Source: Spirochaetia bacterium
GTDB taxonomy: Bacteria; Spirochaetota; Spirochaetia; DSM-16054; Sediminispirochaetaceae
DNA: 64,000 nt
NCBI GenBank assembly: GCA_034520965.1
Contig: JAXHMY010000002.1
Coordinates: 288,001-352,000 of the forward strand
Direction: 5' to 3'
Position 1 is the stretch's first letter, and each line of letters begins with the position of its first letter. This document shows, piece by piece, positions 10,311-21,760 of this stretch. Below the pieces are notes generated by a model. The model did no database searches and had not been told where the DNA came from. It saw only the letters and a program-made list of their open reading frames with translations. The translations under genes and the position numbers were made by a program.

Positions 10311-11438
10311 ATGGATAATATGGTAAGAGGCGACTTCAATTTTCTCACCACCGGTCATCCTATGATCGTATTTGAAGATAATGAAGTCGGACGTTTGAAA
10401 AAAGAAGTCTTTGATGCTCCCATGGGAGATATTGAAAAGATACTGAAAGATTATGAGATTCCCTCGGAACCGGAAATTGGAAAAGGCGGTTGCTATATAC
10501 AAACCACTCCAAGGGCAATTAATATGGAAAAACGACGTAAAAACGATGTTGTGCTGGTCCCGGTAGGAACCACCGAAAACCACGGCGACCACGCCAACAG
10601 CGGTCTGGATACCTTTATGGCCTCTCAAATATGCGAAGGAGTGAGGCGATACACCGCCAAACAAGGCTATGAGGTAAACCTTGCCCTGCCGCCGTTGAAC
10701 TACGGCGGGCACCCCTACCACCACATGGGCATGCCCGGTACCATTATGCTGCCCCAGGAAGTAGTCACCGAGACCCTCATTTACGTCATGCTGGGTTTAT
10801 GGAATGACGGCTACCGCAAGATCATTATAATAAACAATCACGGCCAGTTGTGGATGCTGGAAAATGCTCTACAGGAGTTCTGCAAGCGCTATCAATTGCC
10901 CGGTATATTTCAGGTACTCGACTGGCACAGGGCGGTCCGCGAGTTTTTTATTCCGGTGAAAAGAGAAGACAGCTTGGAGACTACCTTTGTGCACGCCGAC
11001 GAAAGCGAGACCTCCGTAGCCCAGCTTCTGTTTCCTGATATGGTCGACATGAAATACGTGAAGGATGCGAGCGGCGAAAGCTACCTCCCGGGAGGTCACT
11101 TCGATACTTCCGTCGATCCCTGGCGCCGGCCTCACAAGTGGTCCGAAGGTGAAGGGCACTTTGCCATCGAGCGCAGAGCTACTCCCGAAGGGGTGGTCGG
11201 CCAGCCGTCTCTCTCCACTCCGGAAAAAGCGAAGCGACCTATAGCTGCAATCCTGAAGTACCTTACCCTTGTGGTGGACCAAATTATTGAGGCGTATCCC
11301 TCGGGTAAACTGCCTCCGGTGGATATGGTGACCCTTCGCGACCCCAAGGAACTGGAACCGTTCCTCAAGGAGCCCTTCAGCGAAGGATGGAAGTCGGTTT
11401 TCGAGCTGCCAGCTATGGGTCCCTTTACGAAAGGATAG
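10311..11438 (+). CDS. iolN: Creatininase-family hydrolase, 3-dehydro-scyllo-inosose hydrolase type
   Basis: PVGTTENHG, D, NNHG and HADESETS motifs; directly downstream of iolM. Confidence 0.8.
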   Translation: MDNMVRGDFNFLTTGHPMIVFEDNEVGRLKKEVFDAPMGDIEKILKDYEIPSEPEIGKGGCYIQTTPRAINMEKRRKNDVVLVPVGTTENHGDHANSGLDTFMASQICEGVRRYTAKQGYEVNLALPPLNYGGHPYHHMGMPGTIMLPQEVVTETLIYVMLGLWNDGYRKIIIINNHGQLWMLENALQEFCKRYQLPGIFQVLDWHRAVREFFIPVKREDSLETTFVHADESETSVAQLLFPDMVDMKYVKDASGESYLPGGHFDTSVDPWRRPHKWSEGEGHFAIERRATPEGVVGQPSLSTPEKAKRPIAAILKYLTLVVDQIIEAYPSGKLPPVDMVTLRDPKELEPFLKEPFSEGWKSVFELPAMGPFTKG

Positions 11439-11452
11439 ACTTTTGATCCGGC

Positions 11453-12290
11453 TTATACCAGTTTTAGTAGTACCATCCCTGCTACAATAGCCCCAATGCT
11501 GAGTGCTTTTCTGGGCGTAAAAGGCTCTTTCAGGAAGATAAAGCCCAGAATTGCACCAATCGCCACCGACATTTCTCGGGCGGCCACCACATAACTAACT
11601 TGAGCCATTTGGTAGACAAATAGAATAATCAGATAGGTTCCAACCGAACCAATCCCGATAACCAGGGAATACTTTTTCCTGCTTTTCCATGCGAGGGACA
11701 CTTCCCGTCGCCTTTTTATAAGAACATAGGGGGATAGGAACAGCGTAAAAGCAAGGGTGATTCCGTATATGTAAAATACGGGATGAGAGATAGCAACCGC
11801 TAACTTGTCCACAATTGAGTAGCTGAGAATCATCAGGCCTACTGAGAACTGCGAATGACACCCCCCGCTTTTCACGGTGATTATTGAGACCAAGCAGCAG
11901 GATCCCTCCGCTTATTGTCAGTATACCAACTAGCCCGACCGGGACTAGGGTTTCATTGATCAACAGGGCTGCTGCAAGTGCTGTACCGGCAATTCCTATA
12001 CCTCTTGCAATAGGATACACCACCGAGATCTCACCATATTCATATGCCTTTGCTAACGTGAAAAAATAGACCGAGTGGATCGCCCCCGAAGCAATAATGT
12101 AAGGGTAGACTTTCCCAAGTGCAATTTGATCGGGGCTAAGCCAAAACAGCAAGGGGGCAAAGACAATACATGCAAAGGCAAAGCCGTTCCACATGGTTGC
12201 AAGGTCTCCAGCGGCCTTCTTGGTGGCAAAATTCCACAGAGCGTGGAGAGTTGCTGCAATAATAACCAATATAAAGGCGAGGGGCGGCAT
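11453..12290 (-). CDS. EamA/DMT transporter, frameshift near 11840-11860
   Basis: AATLHALWN, AYEYGEISVVYPIARG, then VSYVVAAREMSV. Confidence 0.85.
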
Positions 12291-12291
12291 A

Positions 12292-12645
12292 TTATGGCTT
12301 GACCGTCGCCACTCGGGGAGATTCGTAAAATTTCACCGAGACCCCCGCCTCGCCTATATAGCCGATCTTCTCATAGCTGCTGCTCTGACTCGATTTTCCA
12401 ATAAAGGCAAGATAGGACGGGGCTCCTTTTATTACTCCATACCCTCCGCGAATACCGGAGAAAATACTCCCGTCGTGTGATTGCATCAGTGCAACCCGGC
12501 AGCTCTCTACCGTTTCGTTTAAATTGGCGATAAGCTTTTCCATACGATCTATTTTTTCCGACTGTATTGGTTCCCCGGTAAACTTGCGCCGCGAGCGTCG
12601 AAGCTCGACAGCTTTATACCATTCCTCGTTCTGCCTGTTCATCAT
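12292..12645 (-). pseudogene. Truncated nitroreductase-family gene
   Basis: RRSRRKF...GAPSYLAFIG...IGYIGEA, then similarity stops before the expected GLGTCW segment. Confidence 0.6.
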
Positions 12646-12747
12646 GTACCTCCAGCTGTACTAATTATGTAAGAACTGCCCCACCCAATTTTATCCCAAA
12701 CCTGCTTACCTTGACCAGCGGGGCGTTAGCGGATTACTATTCCGACC

Positions 12748-13908
12748 ATGAGTATACGCGGTGGAGAGACCCGAACTAAAAATAAAAGATCAAGTGCAAT
12801 CCGCTCTGAAGGGAAGGCCCTGTCCAACGGAGTGCTTTTAGTGTTAATAGCACTTGGATTCATTGGGGTTTTTATGCTTCTGCGCCCCTTTATCGCCCCT
12901 ATCGTCCTGGCTCTGTTTCTGGTAACAATGGCCTATCCAGTTCACAAGCGTGTACGGCGGTTATTTAAGGGGAGAAAAACTATTACGGCAATTGTAATGG
13001 TGATAGGCGTTTTTCTGGTAGTGGTGATTCCATTTCTGCTTGTCTCTGCAGCCATAGTCCAACAGGGTATCGAAGTAGCTCAGCACCTGCAAAACTGGAT
13101 TATCTCCGGGGGACCAAAAAGTTTGGTCGAGGGCGTGCAGAACTTTAACTGGGAGAGGTATTCCTGGCTTGGAGGCCTTCGCAGCTTTATAGAAGATCGG
13201 GTTGCGGGAATGGCCGGAGAAGGGGGAACCCTTACCGAAGGTCTTACAGAATTGAGCAGCACTACTGCTCAGGCTTTGGGTAGTTTTATTCTGCCCCTTC
13301 TTTCACAGACGGGCCTGTTGATCATGAACTTCTTCATTATGTTTTTTATTATGTTTTATGCCTTTCGAGACGGCGATGCTATGCTGGCCTACTTTTTAAA
13401 GATTCTGCCCCTCTCCGGAAGCCACGAACAGGTGCTTATCGAGCGTGTCCGGTTTATTGTGAGGGCGGTTCTAGTAGGAATGCTGTTGACCGCGGCCATT
13501 CAGGCGGTGGTGGCCTCGATCGGATTCAAGATAATCGGCATTTCCGCCCTATTCTGGGGTGTTATGCTCGGCATCTCCTCGTTTATTCCCATAGTAGGTA
13601 CCGCCCTGGTGTGGGTACCGGTAACCGGCTATATGCTTATCTCAGGAAAAATTGGCTTTGCAATTTTTATATTCATCTGGTGTGCCGGGGGAGTCGGCTC
13701 CATTGACAACTTCCTCCGACCTTACCTTATGCAGGGAAAATCGGGGATGTCTACGCTGATCCTCTTTTTCGCCCTTATCGGAGGAATTCGACTCTTCGGC
13801 CCGATCGGAATTCTCTACGGCCCGATGATATTCGGTCTGCTGGCGGTGATCCTGTACATCTACACCCTGCAGCATTCGCAGGCACTTCTGCATTTAGAGA
13901 GACAGTAG
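12748..13908 (+). CDS. AI-2E family transporter
   Basis: Multi-TM protein with IPIVGTALVWVP, IDNFLRP and FGPIGILYGP motifs. Confidence 0.85.
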   Translation: MSIRGGETRTKNKRSSAIRSEGKALSNGVLLVLIALGFIGVFMLLRPFIAPIVLALFLVTMAYPVHKRVRRLFKGRKTITAIVMVIGVFLVVVIPFLLVSAAIVQQGIEVAQHLQNWIISGGPKSLVEGVQNFNWERYSWLGGLRSFIEDRVAGMAGEGGTLTEGLTELSSTTAQALGSFILPLLSQTGLLIMNFFIMFFIMFYAFRDGDAMLAYFLKILPLSGSHEQVLIERVRFIVRAVLVGMLLTAAIQAVVASIGFKIIGISALFWGVMLGISSFIPIVGTALVWVPVTGYMLISGKIGFAIFIFIWCAGGVGSIDNFLRPYLMQGKSGMSTLILFFALIGGIRLFGPIGILYGPMIFGLLAVILYIYTLQHSQALLHLERQ

Positions 13909-13960
13909 CCCACGCCCTGTCCCGCCACCTTGGTCCGAAGCTTGGAGATCTTTGCGACCA

Positions 13961-15790
13961 TTAGCCTAGGCGCTTATCCAGGATTTTGCGGGCGGAGCTG
14001 TTGAGCTCGGCCTTGCGCAGACGGATAGCGGTAGGGGTAATTTCGATCAGCTCATCCTCGCGGATAAACTGCACGGCCCGTTCGATTGTCATAGGCAGGA
14101 TCGGAGTCAGAGTGACGGTGTCGTCTTTACCGGAGGCGCGCATATTGCTGAGCTTTTTGGCCTTGGCGGGGTTTACGTTAAGGTCATTTTCGCGGTTGTG
14201 CTCGCCCACGATCATTCCTTCATAGACCGGGTCGCCGGGAACGACAAACAGGTTGCCCCGGGGCTCCAGGTTGAATAGGGCGTAGGCGATTGCCTGGCCC
14301 TGGCGGTCGGCCACCAGTGAGCCGGTGTGGCGCAGGGCGAACTCGCCGCGGTACTCTTCGTAGCCGGAGAGAAAGGAGTTCATGATGCCCGTACCCTTGG
14401 TGTCAGTAAGAAACTCGTCGCGGTAGCCGATTAAAGAGCGCGAGGGAATGCTGAACTCGATGCGCACCCGACCGCTTTGGTGGTTGGACATGGTGATCAT
14501 GCGCCCCTTTCGCTTAGAGAGTTTTTCGGTTACTACGCCCATGTAGGCGTCTTCGCAGTCGATAAACAGGTGCTCTATGGGCTCGACGGTTTTACCGTCT
14601 TTCTTTTTCATTATAACCTCGGGCCGGCCGACGCAGAACTCGTAGCCCTCGCGGCGCATGGTTTCGATGAGGATTACCATCTGAAACTCACCCCGCCCTT
14701 TCACAATGAAGTTCTCGCCGTCGGAACTGCGTTCGACACGCATAGAGACGTTCTGAAGTGTCTCTTTTTCCAAACGCTCGAATACTTTTCCTGCCTGCAC
14801 AATGGTTTTACCCTGCCCGGCCAGGGGACCTGAGTTTTTGCCGAAACGCATTGATACGGTGGGCTCGTCGACGGTGATACGAGGGAGTGCTTTAGGCAGC
14901 TCACGGGTGCAGATAGTGTCGCCGATGTGAACGTCTTGGATGCCGGCCAGCACCACAATGTCGCCGGGCTCGGCGGTTTCTGCATCAATAATCGACAGCC
15001 CCTGGTACTGCTGGAGCTTTGAGATTTTCAGGGGCGCAGCGTTTCCGTCGGCGCCGACACAGGCCAGACTGTCGTTGGCCTTGACCCGGCCGTTATAGAC
15101 TTTCCCGATAACCAGACGACCCAGATAATCAGAATAGGCCAGGTCGGAGACCAGCATTTGAAAGGGCTGTTCCACATCCGCAATAGGTGCGGGGATTTCC
15201 TCGACTATCAAATCCAGCAGCTCGTGCAGATTTTCGGCGGGTTTGTTCAGATCGGTGGAGGCTACCCCGTCGCGTCCAATAGCGTAGAGCATGGGAAAGT
15301 CGAATTGGTCCTCCGAGGCATCAAGGTCGATTAGCAAATCGTGAATTTCATCCAGAATTTGCAGCGGCCGGGCGTCGGGGCGGTCAATTTTGTTGATGAC
15401 CACCATCAGCGCCAAATGTGCTTCCAGGGCCTTGGAGAGCACGAAGCGGGTTTGCGGCAGGGGTCCCTCGGAGGCGTCTACCAGCAGGATAGCGCCGTCA
15501 GCCATCGAGAGAGCCCGTTCTACTTCGCCGCCGAAGTCGGCGTGGCCCGGGGTGTCGATGATATTGATTTTGGTACCCTTCCAGCCGATGGCACAGTTTT
15601 TCGCTGAGATGGTAATACCCCGTTCCCGCTCGAGGTCCATGCTGTCCATTATCCGCTCGTCCACTACCTGACCTTCACGAAAGACTCCGCTCTGGCGGAA
15701 CATCGTGTCCACCAGGGTTGTTTTGCCATGGTCTACGTGGGCTATTATGGCTATGTTACGTATTTTTTCATTTCGTGGCTTGTTATGCAC
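13961..15790 (-). CDS. typA: Translational GTPase TypA/BipA
   Basis: [37 protein letters not shown]-terminal [10 protein letters not shown]. Confidence 0.97.
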   Translation of the reverse strand: MHNKPRNEKIRNIAIIAHVDHGKTTLVDTMFRQSGVFREGQVVDERIMDSMDLERERGITISAKNCAIGWKGTKINIIDTPGHADFGGEVERALSMADGAILLVDASEGPLPQTRFVLSKALEAHLALMVVINKIDRPDARPLQILDEIHDLLIDLDASEDQFDFPMLYAIGRDGVASTDLNKPAENLHELLDLIVEEIPAPIADVEQPFQMLVSDLAYSDYLGRLVIGKVYNGRVKANDSLACVGADGNAAPLKISKLQQYQGLSIIDAETAEPGDIVVLAGIQDVHIGDTICTRELPKALPRITVDEPTVSMRFGKNSGPLAGQGKTIVQAGKVFERLEKETLQNVSMRVERSSDGENFIVKGRGEFQMVILIETMRREGYEFCVGRPEVIMKKKDGKTVEPIEHLFIDCEDAYMGVVTEKLSKRKGRMITMSNHQSGRVRIEFSIPSRSLIGYRDEFLTDTKGTGIMNSFLSGYEEYRGEFALRHTGSLVADRQGQAIAYALFNLEPRGNLFVVPGDPVYEGMIVGEHNRENDLNVNPAKAKKLSNMRASGKDDTVTLTPILPMTIERAVQFIREDELIEITPTAIRLRKAELNSSARKILDKRLG

Positions 15791-15981
15791 TATACTATTT
15801 CCTTGAATAAAGATTTATAGGGATGTAAAAGAATTTTCTACTATTTTTCCTGAAAGTTTCCTGATGGAGTAAAATTTATAAGAAGCACAATTTTTGAGGA
15901 GCCTAAATTTCGAGAAAACTGTAAAATTTTAGGCTAATTATAACCTAATCAATCGATGTATACAAGCGGGGCTGCTGCAGA

Positions 15982-16123
15982 CAGATATCTCGGCAATTTG
16001 AAAATTTTAAAATTTTTCAAATTGCGAATACTTACATTTTGTTTAAGATAAGTAGTTTATCTTAAAGATATTGTGGGTATTCTCATTTTGGAAGTTTTAA
16101 AACTTCCAAAATGAGAATTCCTG
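15982..16123 (-). mobile_element. MITE copy 2 (142 bp, inverted, more divergent)
   Basis: Reverse complement begins CAGGAATTCTCATTTTGGAAG; flanked by TGCTGCAGA at 15973-15981 and 16124-16132. Confidence 0.88.
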
Positions 16124-16143
16124 TGCTGCAGAACCAGCAACAC

Positions 16144-17205
16144 TCAGGGGTTGGCTGACCCGGTGGATCGAAGGAGTACTTTTTTATCGTGCTTGTACAG
16201 AAAAAGACCGGGCCACAGCATAAAAAAGGCAAATAGTTTTTTGTTAGCCTGTTTGTAGATGTCGTCTGGGATTACACCGGCATGCATGGAGTAGCGCACA
16301 TAATTTGCAGAAGCCCTAATACGGTAAGATAGGGGCACCCGCTGGTTGGTAAGCTCGTTGAAAAACAGGGAGGCTGCACGGGGACTGCTCGTCCATTTAC
16401 GTAGGCGCTCAGTTTTGGACAGCACTGCTTGTGCCGAATCGGCTTTAGTTGTAGAGCCGGCTTCTTCTTGGCCAACCGGTTGAACAATCAGCAGCGGCTC
16501 ATTGATATAACGAGTCAACCTATCGCGGCCGATACGGTTAAGCACCAGCTCGTCGGGAACAAATTTTTCCCCCTTGAACACGGGATACGGATTGTCCTGA
16601 AACACCGCGGTATGCAGCATTCCCCATTTGCGCCCGGTAATCCCATAGTGGGTACCCACCTCGATACTATTGGAATCGAATGGGCTGGAGGGAAAACGGT
16701 TGCCATCGATTTTGCCGTCCGGTAAGGCCGACAGACCGACTATCGAGGCAAAATAGGGGCGCTCTTGAGCCGGAAGACTGTACCAGTGTTCTAATAAACG
16801 TTCAAAGGCCTCCGGCACAGGCACCGAGTCTGTATCGAGCACCACAAAAAACTTACCCTGCGCTGATTTAAGAGCCCGGTTAATCGCAGTATGACGGCCC
16901 CCTCGCTTTTGTGTCAGGAGCTTCACTGGAAATGGAGCTTCTGTCTTTTTACTATTTTTTGACTTTGAAGAGTCCTGTTTGGTGTCTTGCTCCGTATCCC
17001 GGTTTCGGTCCGGGGTCAGGGCTGGGTCTTCTCCGGCAATTGCCTGCACTTGGGCTGCAGTATCATCGCTCGAGCCGTCATCGACTACTATCCATTCAAA
17101 ACGCTGTTCTGTCTGCTGCAGCAGGCTATTATAAAGCTTGGGAATCCGGTCGGCAGCGTTATGGGCCGGCGTGCAGACGCTCAGCTTAAATGGAGGGGGT
17201 TTCAT
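16144..17205 (-). CDS. Glycosyltransferase family 2
   Basis: SVCTPAHN, EWIVVDDGSSD, LDTD motifs. Confidence 0.85.
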   Translation of the reverse strand: MKPPPFKLSVCTPAHNAADRIPKLYNSLLQQTEQRFEWIVVDDGSSDDTAAQVQAIAGEDPALTPDRNRDTEQDTKQDSSKSKNSKKTEAPFPVKLLTQKRGGRHTAINRALKSAQGKFFVVLDTDSVPVPEAFERLLEHWYSLPAQERPYFASIVGLSALPDGKIDGNRFPSSPFDSNSIEVGTHYGITGRKWGMLHTAVFQDNPYPVFKGEKFVPDELVLNRIGRDRLTRYINEPLLIVQPVGQEEAGSTTKADSAQAVLSKTERLRKWTSSPRAASLFFNELTNQRVPLSYRIRASANYVRYSMHAGVIPDDIYKQANKKLFAFFMLWPGLFLYKHDKKVLLRSTGSANP

Positions 17206-17357
17206 ATACGCCACCAATCTTCTTATTCAACATGTGTACATCTGTATCATATTTTAAACTCCTTTTCCAGGGTTTATTAAGTCCTTTCCGAGACCTTGCA
17301 TTTTAGAATGTGGGGTATAAAATTTATGTATGTAAGCTTTTTCTAAGGAGAGATACT

Positions 17358-18344
17358 ATGCAGCATGTACATTGGGGAATTATTGGTTGTGGTGATGTAA
17401 CGGAAAAAAAGAGCGGACCGGGATTTGCAAAGGCAAACGGCTCCGACTTGGTCGCAGTAATGCGCAGAGATGCAGCAAAGGCTAAGGATTATGCTGCACG
17501 GCACAATGTCCCCAGATGGTACTCCCAAGCAGAGGATTTGCTGCAGGATGCGGATGTGAATGCAGTCTACATAGCTACGCCTCCTGCATATCATCTACCC
17601 TACACTATTATGGCAGCCGAAGCGGGGAAGCCTGTATATGTTGAAAAACCAATGGCAATTAATATGAAAGAATGTGAAAAAATGCTTGAGGTGTGCCATA
17701 AAAATGGGATTCCTCTCTATGTGGCCTATTACCGTCGAGCACTCCCCCGTTTTTTGAAAGTTAAACAACTGATTGACTCCGGCGCCCTCGGTGAAGCTCA
17801 CTCATTTGATATTACTCTGCACAAACCGCCTTCTGAGGCTGACCAAGGACCACACTCTCTATGGCGAGTCGATCCTGCAATCGCCGGAGGGGGATATTTT
17901 ATCGACTTGGCTACCCATACGCTCGATCTTATCGATTACCTTTTCGGACCAATTACCGAAGTACATGGGTTAGCAGTCAATCGAGCAGGACTCTATGCAG
18001 CAGAGGATAACGTGACCGCTGTATTCAAAACTAAATCCCATATTGTGGGGAGCGGCATCTGGTCATTCAGCACACTCAACGAAGAGGATGAAGTGAGAAT
18101 TAACGGAACCCTAGGGAGCCTTAGTTTCGCCTCTTTCCAGGATAAGCCGGTTGTACTGAACACAGATACGCAGCGGGAAGAGTTTTCAATTGAACATCCG
18201 CCCCATGTACAGCAACCTCTGATTCAAACGGTAGTCGATGAACTGTTAGGGCTTGGAACCTGCCCCAGCACGGGTCAATCGGCACTGCGCACAACCAGAG
18301 TTACCGATGAAATATTAAAGGGATACTACCAGACCCTATATTGA
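17358..18344 (+). CDS. Gfo/Idh/MocA oxidoreductase
   Basis: WGIIGCGDV, VYVEKPMA, AYYRR; AGGAG RBS before ATG 17358. Confidence 0.88.
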   Translation: MQHVHWGIIGCGDVTEKKSGPGFAKANGSDLVAVMRRDAAKAKDYAARHNVPRWYSQAEDLLQDADVNAVYIATPPAYHLPYTIMAAEAGKPVYVEKPMAINMKECEKMLEVCHKNGIPLYVAYYRRALPRFLKVKQLIDSGALGEAHSFDITLHKPPSEADQGPHSLWRVDPAIAGGGYFIDLATHTLDLIDYLFGPITEVHGLAVNRAGLYAAEDNVTAVFKTKSHIVGSGIWSFSTLNEEDEVRINGTLGSLSFASFQDKPVVLNTDTQREEFSIEHPPHVQQPLIQTVVDELLGLGTCPSTGQSALRTTRVTDEILKGYYQTLY

Positions 18345-18350
18345 AGTTAA

Positions 18351-19619
18351 TGGTTCAAACCATGGGGGATGCGAATTTTCACACGCCCCGTGCGAGTAAG
18401 GGCGATTACATCCACACATATTTGGGCCAGTACATCCCGTCGAACTTATCCAGGGTTCCAGTCATCCGTGCCCATACCATCAGCTGTGACCAGTTGAGCT
18501 TTACATGGGTGTAGAACTTGCGTATGGTAAAGATGCCCCGCAGCCCTCTTGCGATTTTACCCGGGGGAACACCGGCCACCTCGGCATGGGAGAAGTTCTG
18601 AAGAATGGGCTCTCCAATGCGAAAGGGCTTAAAATAATTCTGATACAGCTGGTAGACGGCCATGCGCTCAAGACAGTTATTCACATTCTGGGAGAAGCGG
18701 ACCGTCTCACGCACATGATTTGCATTATCCTTTCTAAATTGTCTGTCCAGATAATTAACAGAAAAAAGTGGATTGAGCACGGTGCGTTCGAGCTGTGAAG
18801 AGATTCTCACATGCTCAAACCTCCCCTCACTTTTTAGGCTCTGCAGCACATCCGAGCCCATGACCAATCTTTGATACTCGAGCTTCTCATCGCTGTAGAG
18901 GCAGGTAAACCGCCGCTTCTGCGCGTATTGTTCGACCAGATCGACAATCTGCAGGAAAGACTGACTGATGGATATCCTCTTGCGGATGTAGTGCCTCTCC
19001 CGCTGGTCACGCTCGTCCTTCTGCAGCTCGGTCATCTTTCCCTTGCGCCGCAAATGGGCATAGTCGAAGGTGATAAAGAACTGTGAACGCTTGCCGGCCA
19101 GGATGTGAATGTTATTCGGCTGGTACTGATCGCTGACAAAGCTCTCGAACCCGTCGGTGACCAGGTCCTCGCAGGGAACATAGTCCTGCAGGACATCCGC
19201 CTGCAGAGCAATGGCCTGACGGGCGAGACGGCCCAGACGGTTGATGATCGCCTGGTGGCTGACCTCCATTATGCGGGCGGTCTTACGCACTCCCCCGCAG
19301 TTGGTCATATGATCGAAAATCACCTGACAAGTCGAGCTTTCGTTTAACATAATAATCGAGGCGGAAGGTTTGCTCACTGAAACCTCCTCCGCAGCTGAGG
19401 CATCTGAAGCGAGTGACCGTCCCATGGGCCAGGGTCTCGTAGCTGCCATTGATGTGGTACCAGCGCCCATGGTCTGGGGGCTTTGTGTGATATTCACATT
19501 CGGGATGGGGACAAAATGGGGGGATAAGCATTGGCAGGCCTCCTCTAAAAAAAAGTGCGGGTACACTTGAATAGAGGGGTAAGTCGCTCTCCTGCTTCAA
19601 TACCCCATGGTTTGAACCA
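18351..19619 (-). mobile_element. Insertion sequence A (1269 bp) with an IS1/IS1595-like Zn-finger-HTH-DDE transposase at 18406-19531 (one frameshift near 19330)
   Basis: Perfect terminal inverted repeat TGGTTCAAACCATGGGG/CCCCATGGTTTGAACCA with TTAA on both sides; CPxxxC...CxxC, HTH, TDGFE / SDE / NYLDR motifs. Confidence 0.85.
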
Positions 19620-19630
19620 TTAATTACATT

Positions 19631-20356
19631 TTAAGGGGATTGTACGATTGCTCGATTGAACTCATCTGCTACAATCTGCGCTCCAGCAGAATTAAGGTGA
19701 ACTCCATCCATCGTAAAGTGCAGACCCCTCTCTTCAGCTCGCTGATCGGCTTTTGAAGCACTGCGGTAGGTTAAGAAATCCGCTGCCACTTGGAAAGGGT
19801 CTATCGGCAGATAAGTTGAGATTTGAGTAGTTTGCTGATGATCCTTAGCTAATATCTCAATGAATGGCCGCCGAATATCAAGAAATGCAGCTCGCTCATA
19901 CACACTGGCTAACTTGGAAATTAATTGCGCCTGAAGTTCCAAACGGCGATTCCAAGGGTTCTCCAAATCTTCCCCTATAAACAAAGGCGCCACCGCCCAA
20001 ATATGGCGGCACCGAGGATTGAACAGATCCAGAAGTCGGCGGTAATAATCAGAAAACTCAGTCTCGGTGTGTGCCCAGGGTTGGCGAACTACAGTTTTCA
20101 TTGGAGGATAGAAGCGAGCCAACTGCGGCAGAACATCATTGACCCCCATCCAAACAAAGACTACATCCGCCTTGAACTTCTCCGGCCTACTCTGCTGAAG
20201 CTGCTCAGCCCGCTCGTACAGGCTTCGTACCGTATCTCCCCCTTTACCATAATTTTCAACAGTGTGGTTCTGCTGTACAGCTCGTATTATATCGATATAG
20301 GCCGCACCAGGAACACCTTCGGTGAGGCTATTTCCCCAGAATGCAATTTTTGCCAA
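19631..20356 (-). CDS. SGNH/GDSL hydrolase
   Basis: GNSLTEG, G-x-G-D-T, GVND, DGVH blocks. Confidence 0.85.
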   Translation of the reverse strand: MAKIAFWGNSLTEGVPGAAYIDIIRAVQQNHTVENYGKGGDTVRSLYERAEQLQQSRPEKFKADVVFVWMGVNDVLPQLARFYPPMKTVVRQPWAHTETEFSDYYRRLLDLFNPRCRHIWAVAPLFIGEDLENPWNRRLELQAQLISKLASVYERAAFLDIRRPFIEILAKDHQQTTQISTYLPIDPFQVAADFLTYRSASKADQRAEERGLHFTMDGVHLNSAGAQIVADEFNRAIVQSP

Positions 20357-20424
20357 CAGAAGAGCTCCTTAAGCTTATAAGACTATCGACCAATCTTAAT
20401 CCCATCCACATAGGTAATCAACCA

Positions 20425-21721
20425 AACTGTCCCGAAGCTTATTGATTTTGTCGGCGCTTACCGCTGTGGACATAATTAACATAGAGGCCTCTTTCAGCTA
20501 TATGCATATTTTGGAAGGTACTCTCTTCCTTTTTTGAGGGGAGTACGATACAAGCGAAACCATAAGCCCTTCTCCCCGGGAGTAAGGTCCAGAAACGTGA
20601 CAAAGGGTCTCCACACGAAGCGGCTCTCGAGCATCGGCGCGACGAGCCGGCCGTTCACACCGGCCAGATTCCAGTGCCACTTCCCGGCCTTGGGGTGGTT
20701 CTCCCGGTAGGGCTTTATGCAATTATGGTGGAGCCGATACACGCACAACCGCTCCAGAAGAGCGCTTGCATTTCTCGCGGTATTCACTGTATAGCGCACA
20801 TAATTGACAATATCCTTACGGAATTGCCTGTCCATATAGTTAACTGCAAACAAATTATTTACCCGCCCCGGCTGTTTAGTCCCCTTTGCCGCATCATGAA
20901 TAATACTCCCCTGCCGCAGCAACTGAGCGAAGGCTTTGTGCCGGCGAAAAGCCCGCGGGTAGGCGTGGTGGTCATCGGTATACACCTTGAGAACTGTTTT
21001 GTGGCGCCCTGCAAACAGATACAAAATCTCCTCGGCAAGCCTGGCCATCGACTTTTCTATCCCCTTCGGATCAGGGCGGCACACACGATCGAGAAATCGC
21101 CGAAACAGTTTTTGGGAGGGGCTCATACGCCCCTTTCGGCGCAGGGTGGTAAAGTCCATGGCGTAGAAGTACTGGGTCTGCTTGCCGATGAGAATATTCA
21201 GGTGGTGGGGAAAATACCTGCTGTGCAGGTAGCCCTCAAAGCCGTCGGCCACCAGGTCCTCCTTAAGGTGCATATGCTGCCGGCTCAACGCATGAAGGCC
21301 CAGAGCCCAGTGGGCCATACGAAAGAGCCGGTTTTCGGCCGAGCCGCGGGAGATTTCCAGATTCCGGATAAATCTCGAATTCCGGCAGTGGACCTAAGCT
21401 GACGAAAGATCTGCTCGTAGGAAATAACTCTTTTCGCATAATAGTTTAAGCTGAAGGTCTGATCGCTGAAGGTGCGCTTACAGGCCAAACATTGATAGCG
21501 CTGGACCGGCCCGAAAGCATCAGCCCAGTGGTGTCCATAGCGCCTATACCAATGATAGTGCTTACCTTCAAAGTGCTGTGAGCACTCTTATAAGGACAAA
21601 ATGGCGGTGTGTTCATTCTCTTTCTCCTCCTCTTTGGTGGTTCTACCTATACAGAGGGGCAAAAAAGAGGCTCTGCTTCAACTCAAGTGTGAAAAAATTT
21701 TCAATAAGCTTCGGGACAGTT
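20425..21721 (-). mobile_element. Insertion sequence B, same transposase family as A (CDS 20494-21616, two frameshifts)
   Basis: 21-bp perfect inverted repeat AACTGTCCCGAAGCTTATTGA (20425-20445 / 21701-21721); MNTPPFCP..C..CLACKRTFSDQTF, ADGFE, TDD, NYMDRQFRKD. Confidence 0.85.
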
Positions 21722-21760
21722 CAAATTGACAACAATGGCAGAAAGTATTATCAGTACATT

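Noticed and set aside
19300..19350. Programmed -1 frameshift as in IS1 insA/insB
   Set aside because: No A6C-type slippery run at the break, the breaks in IS B fall elsewhere, and the window has many random indels
20674..21402. 242-aa plus-strand ORF inside IS B
   Set aside because: Shadow of the transposase; no independent evidence
18351..21721. Composite transposon carrying the SGNH hydrolase
   Set aside because: The two IS elements have unrelated inverted repeats and there is no shared outer target duplication
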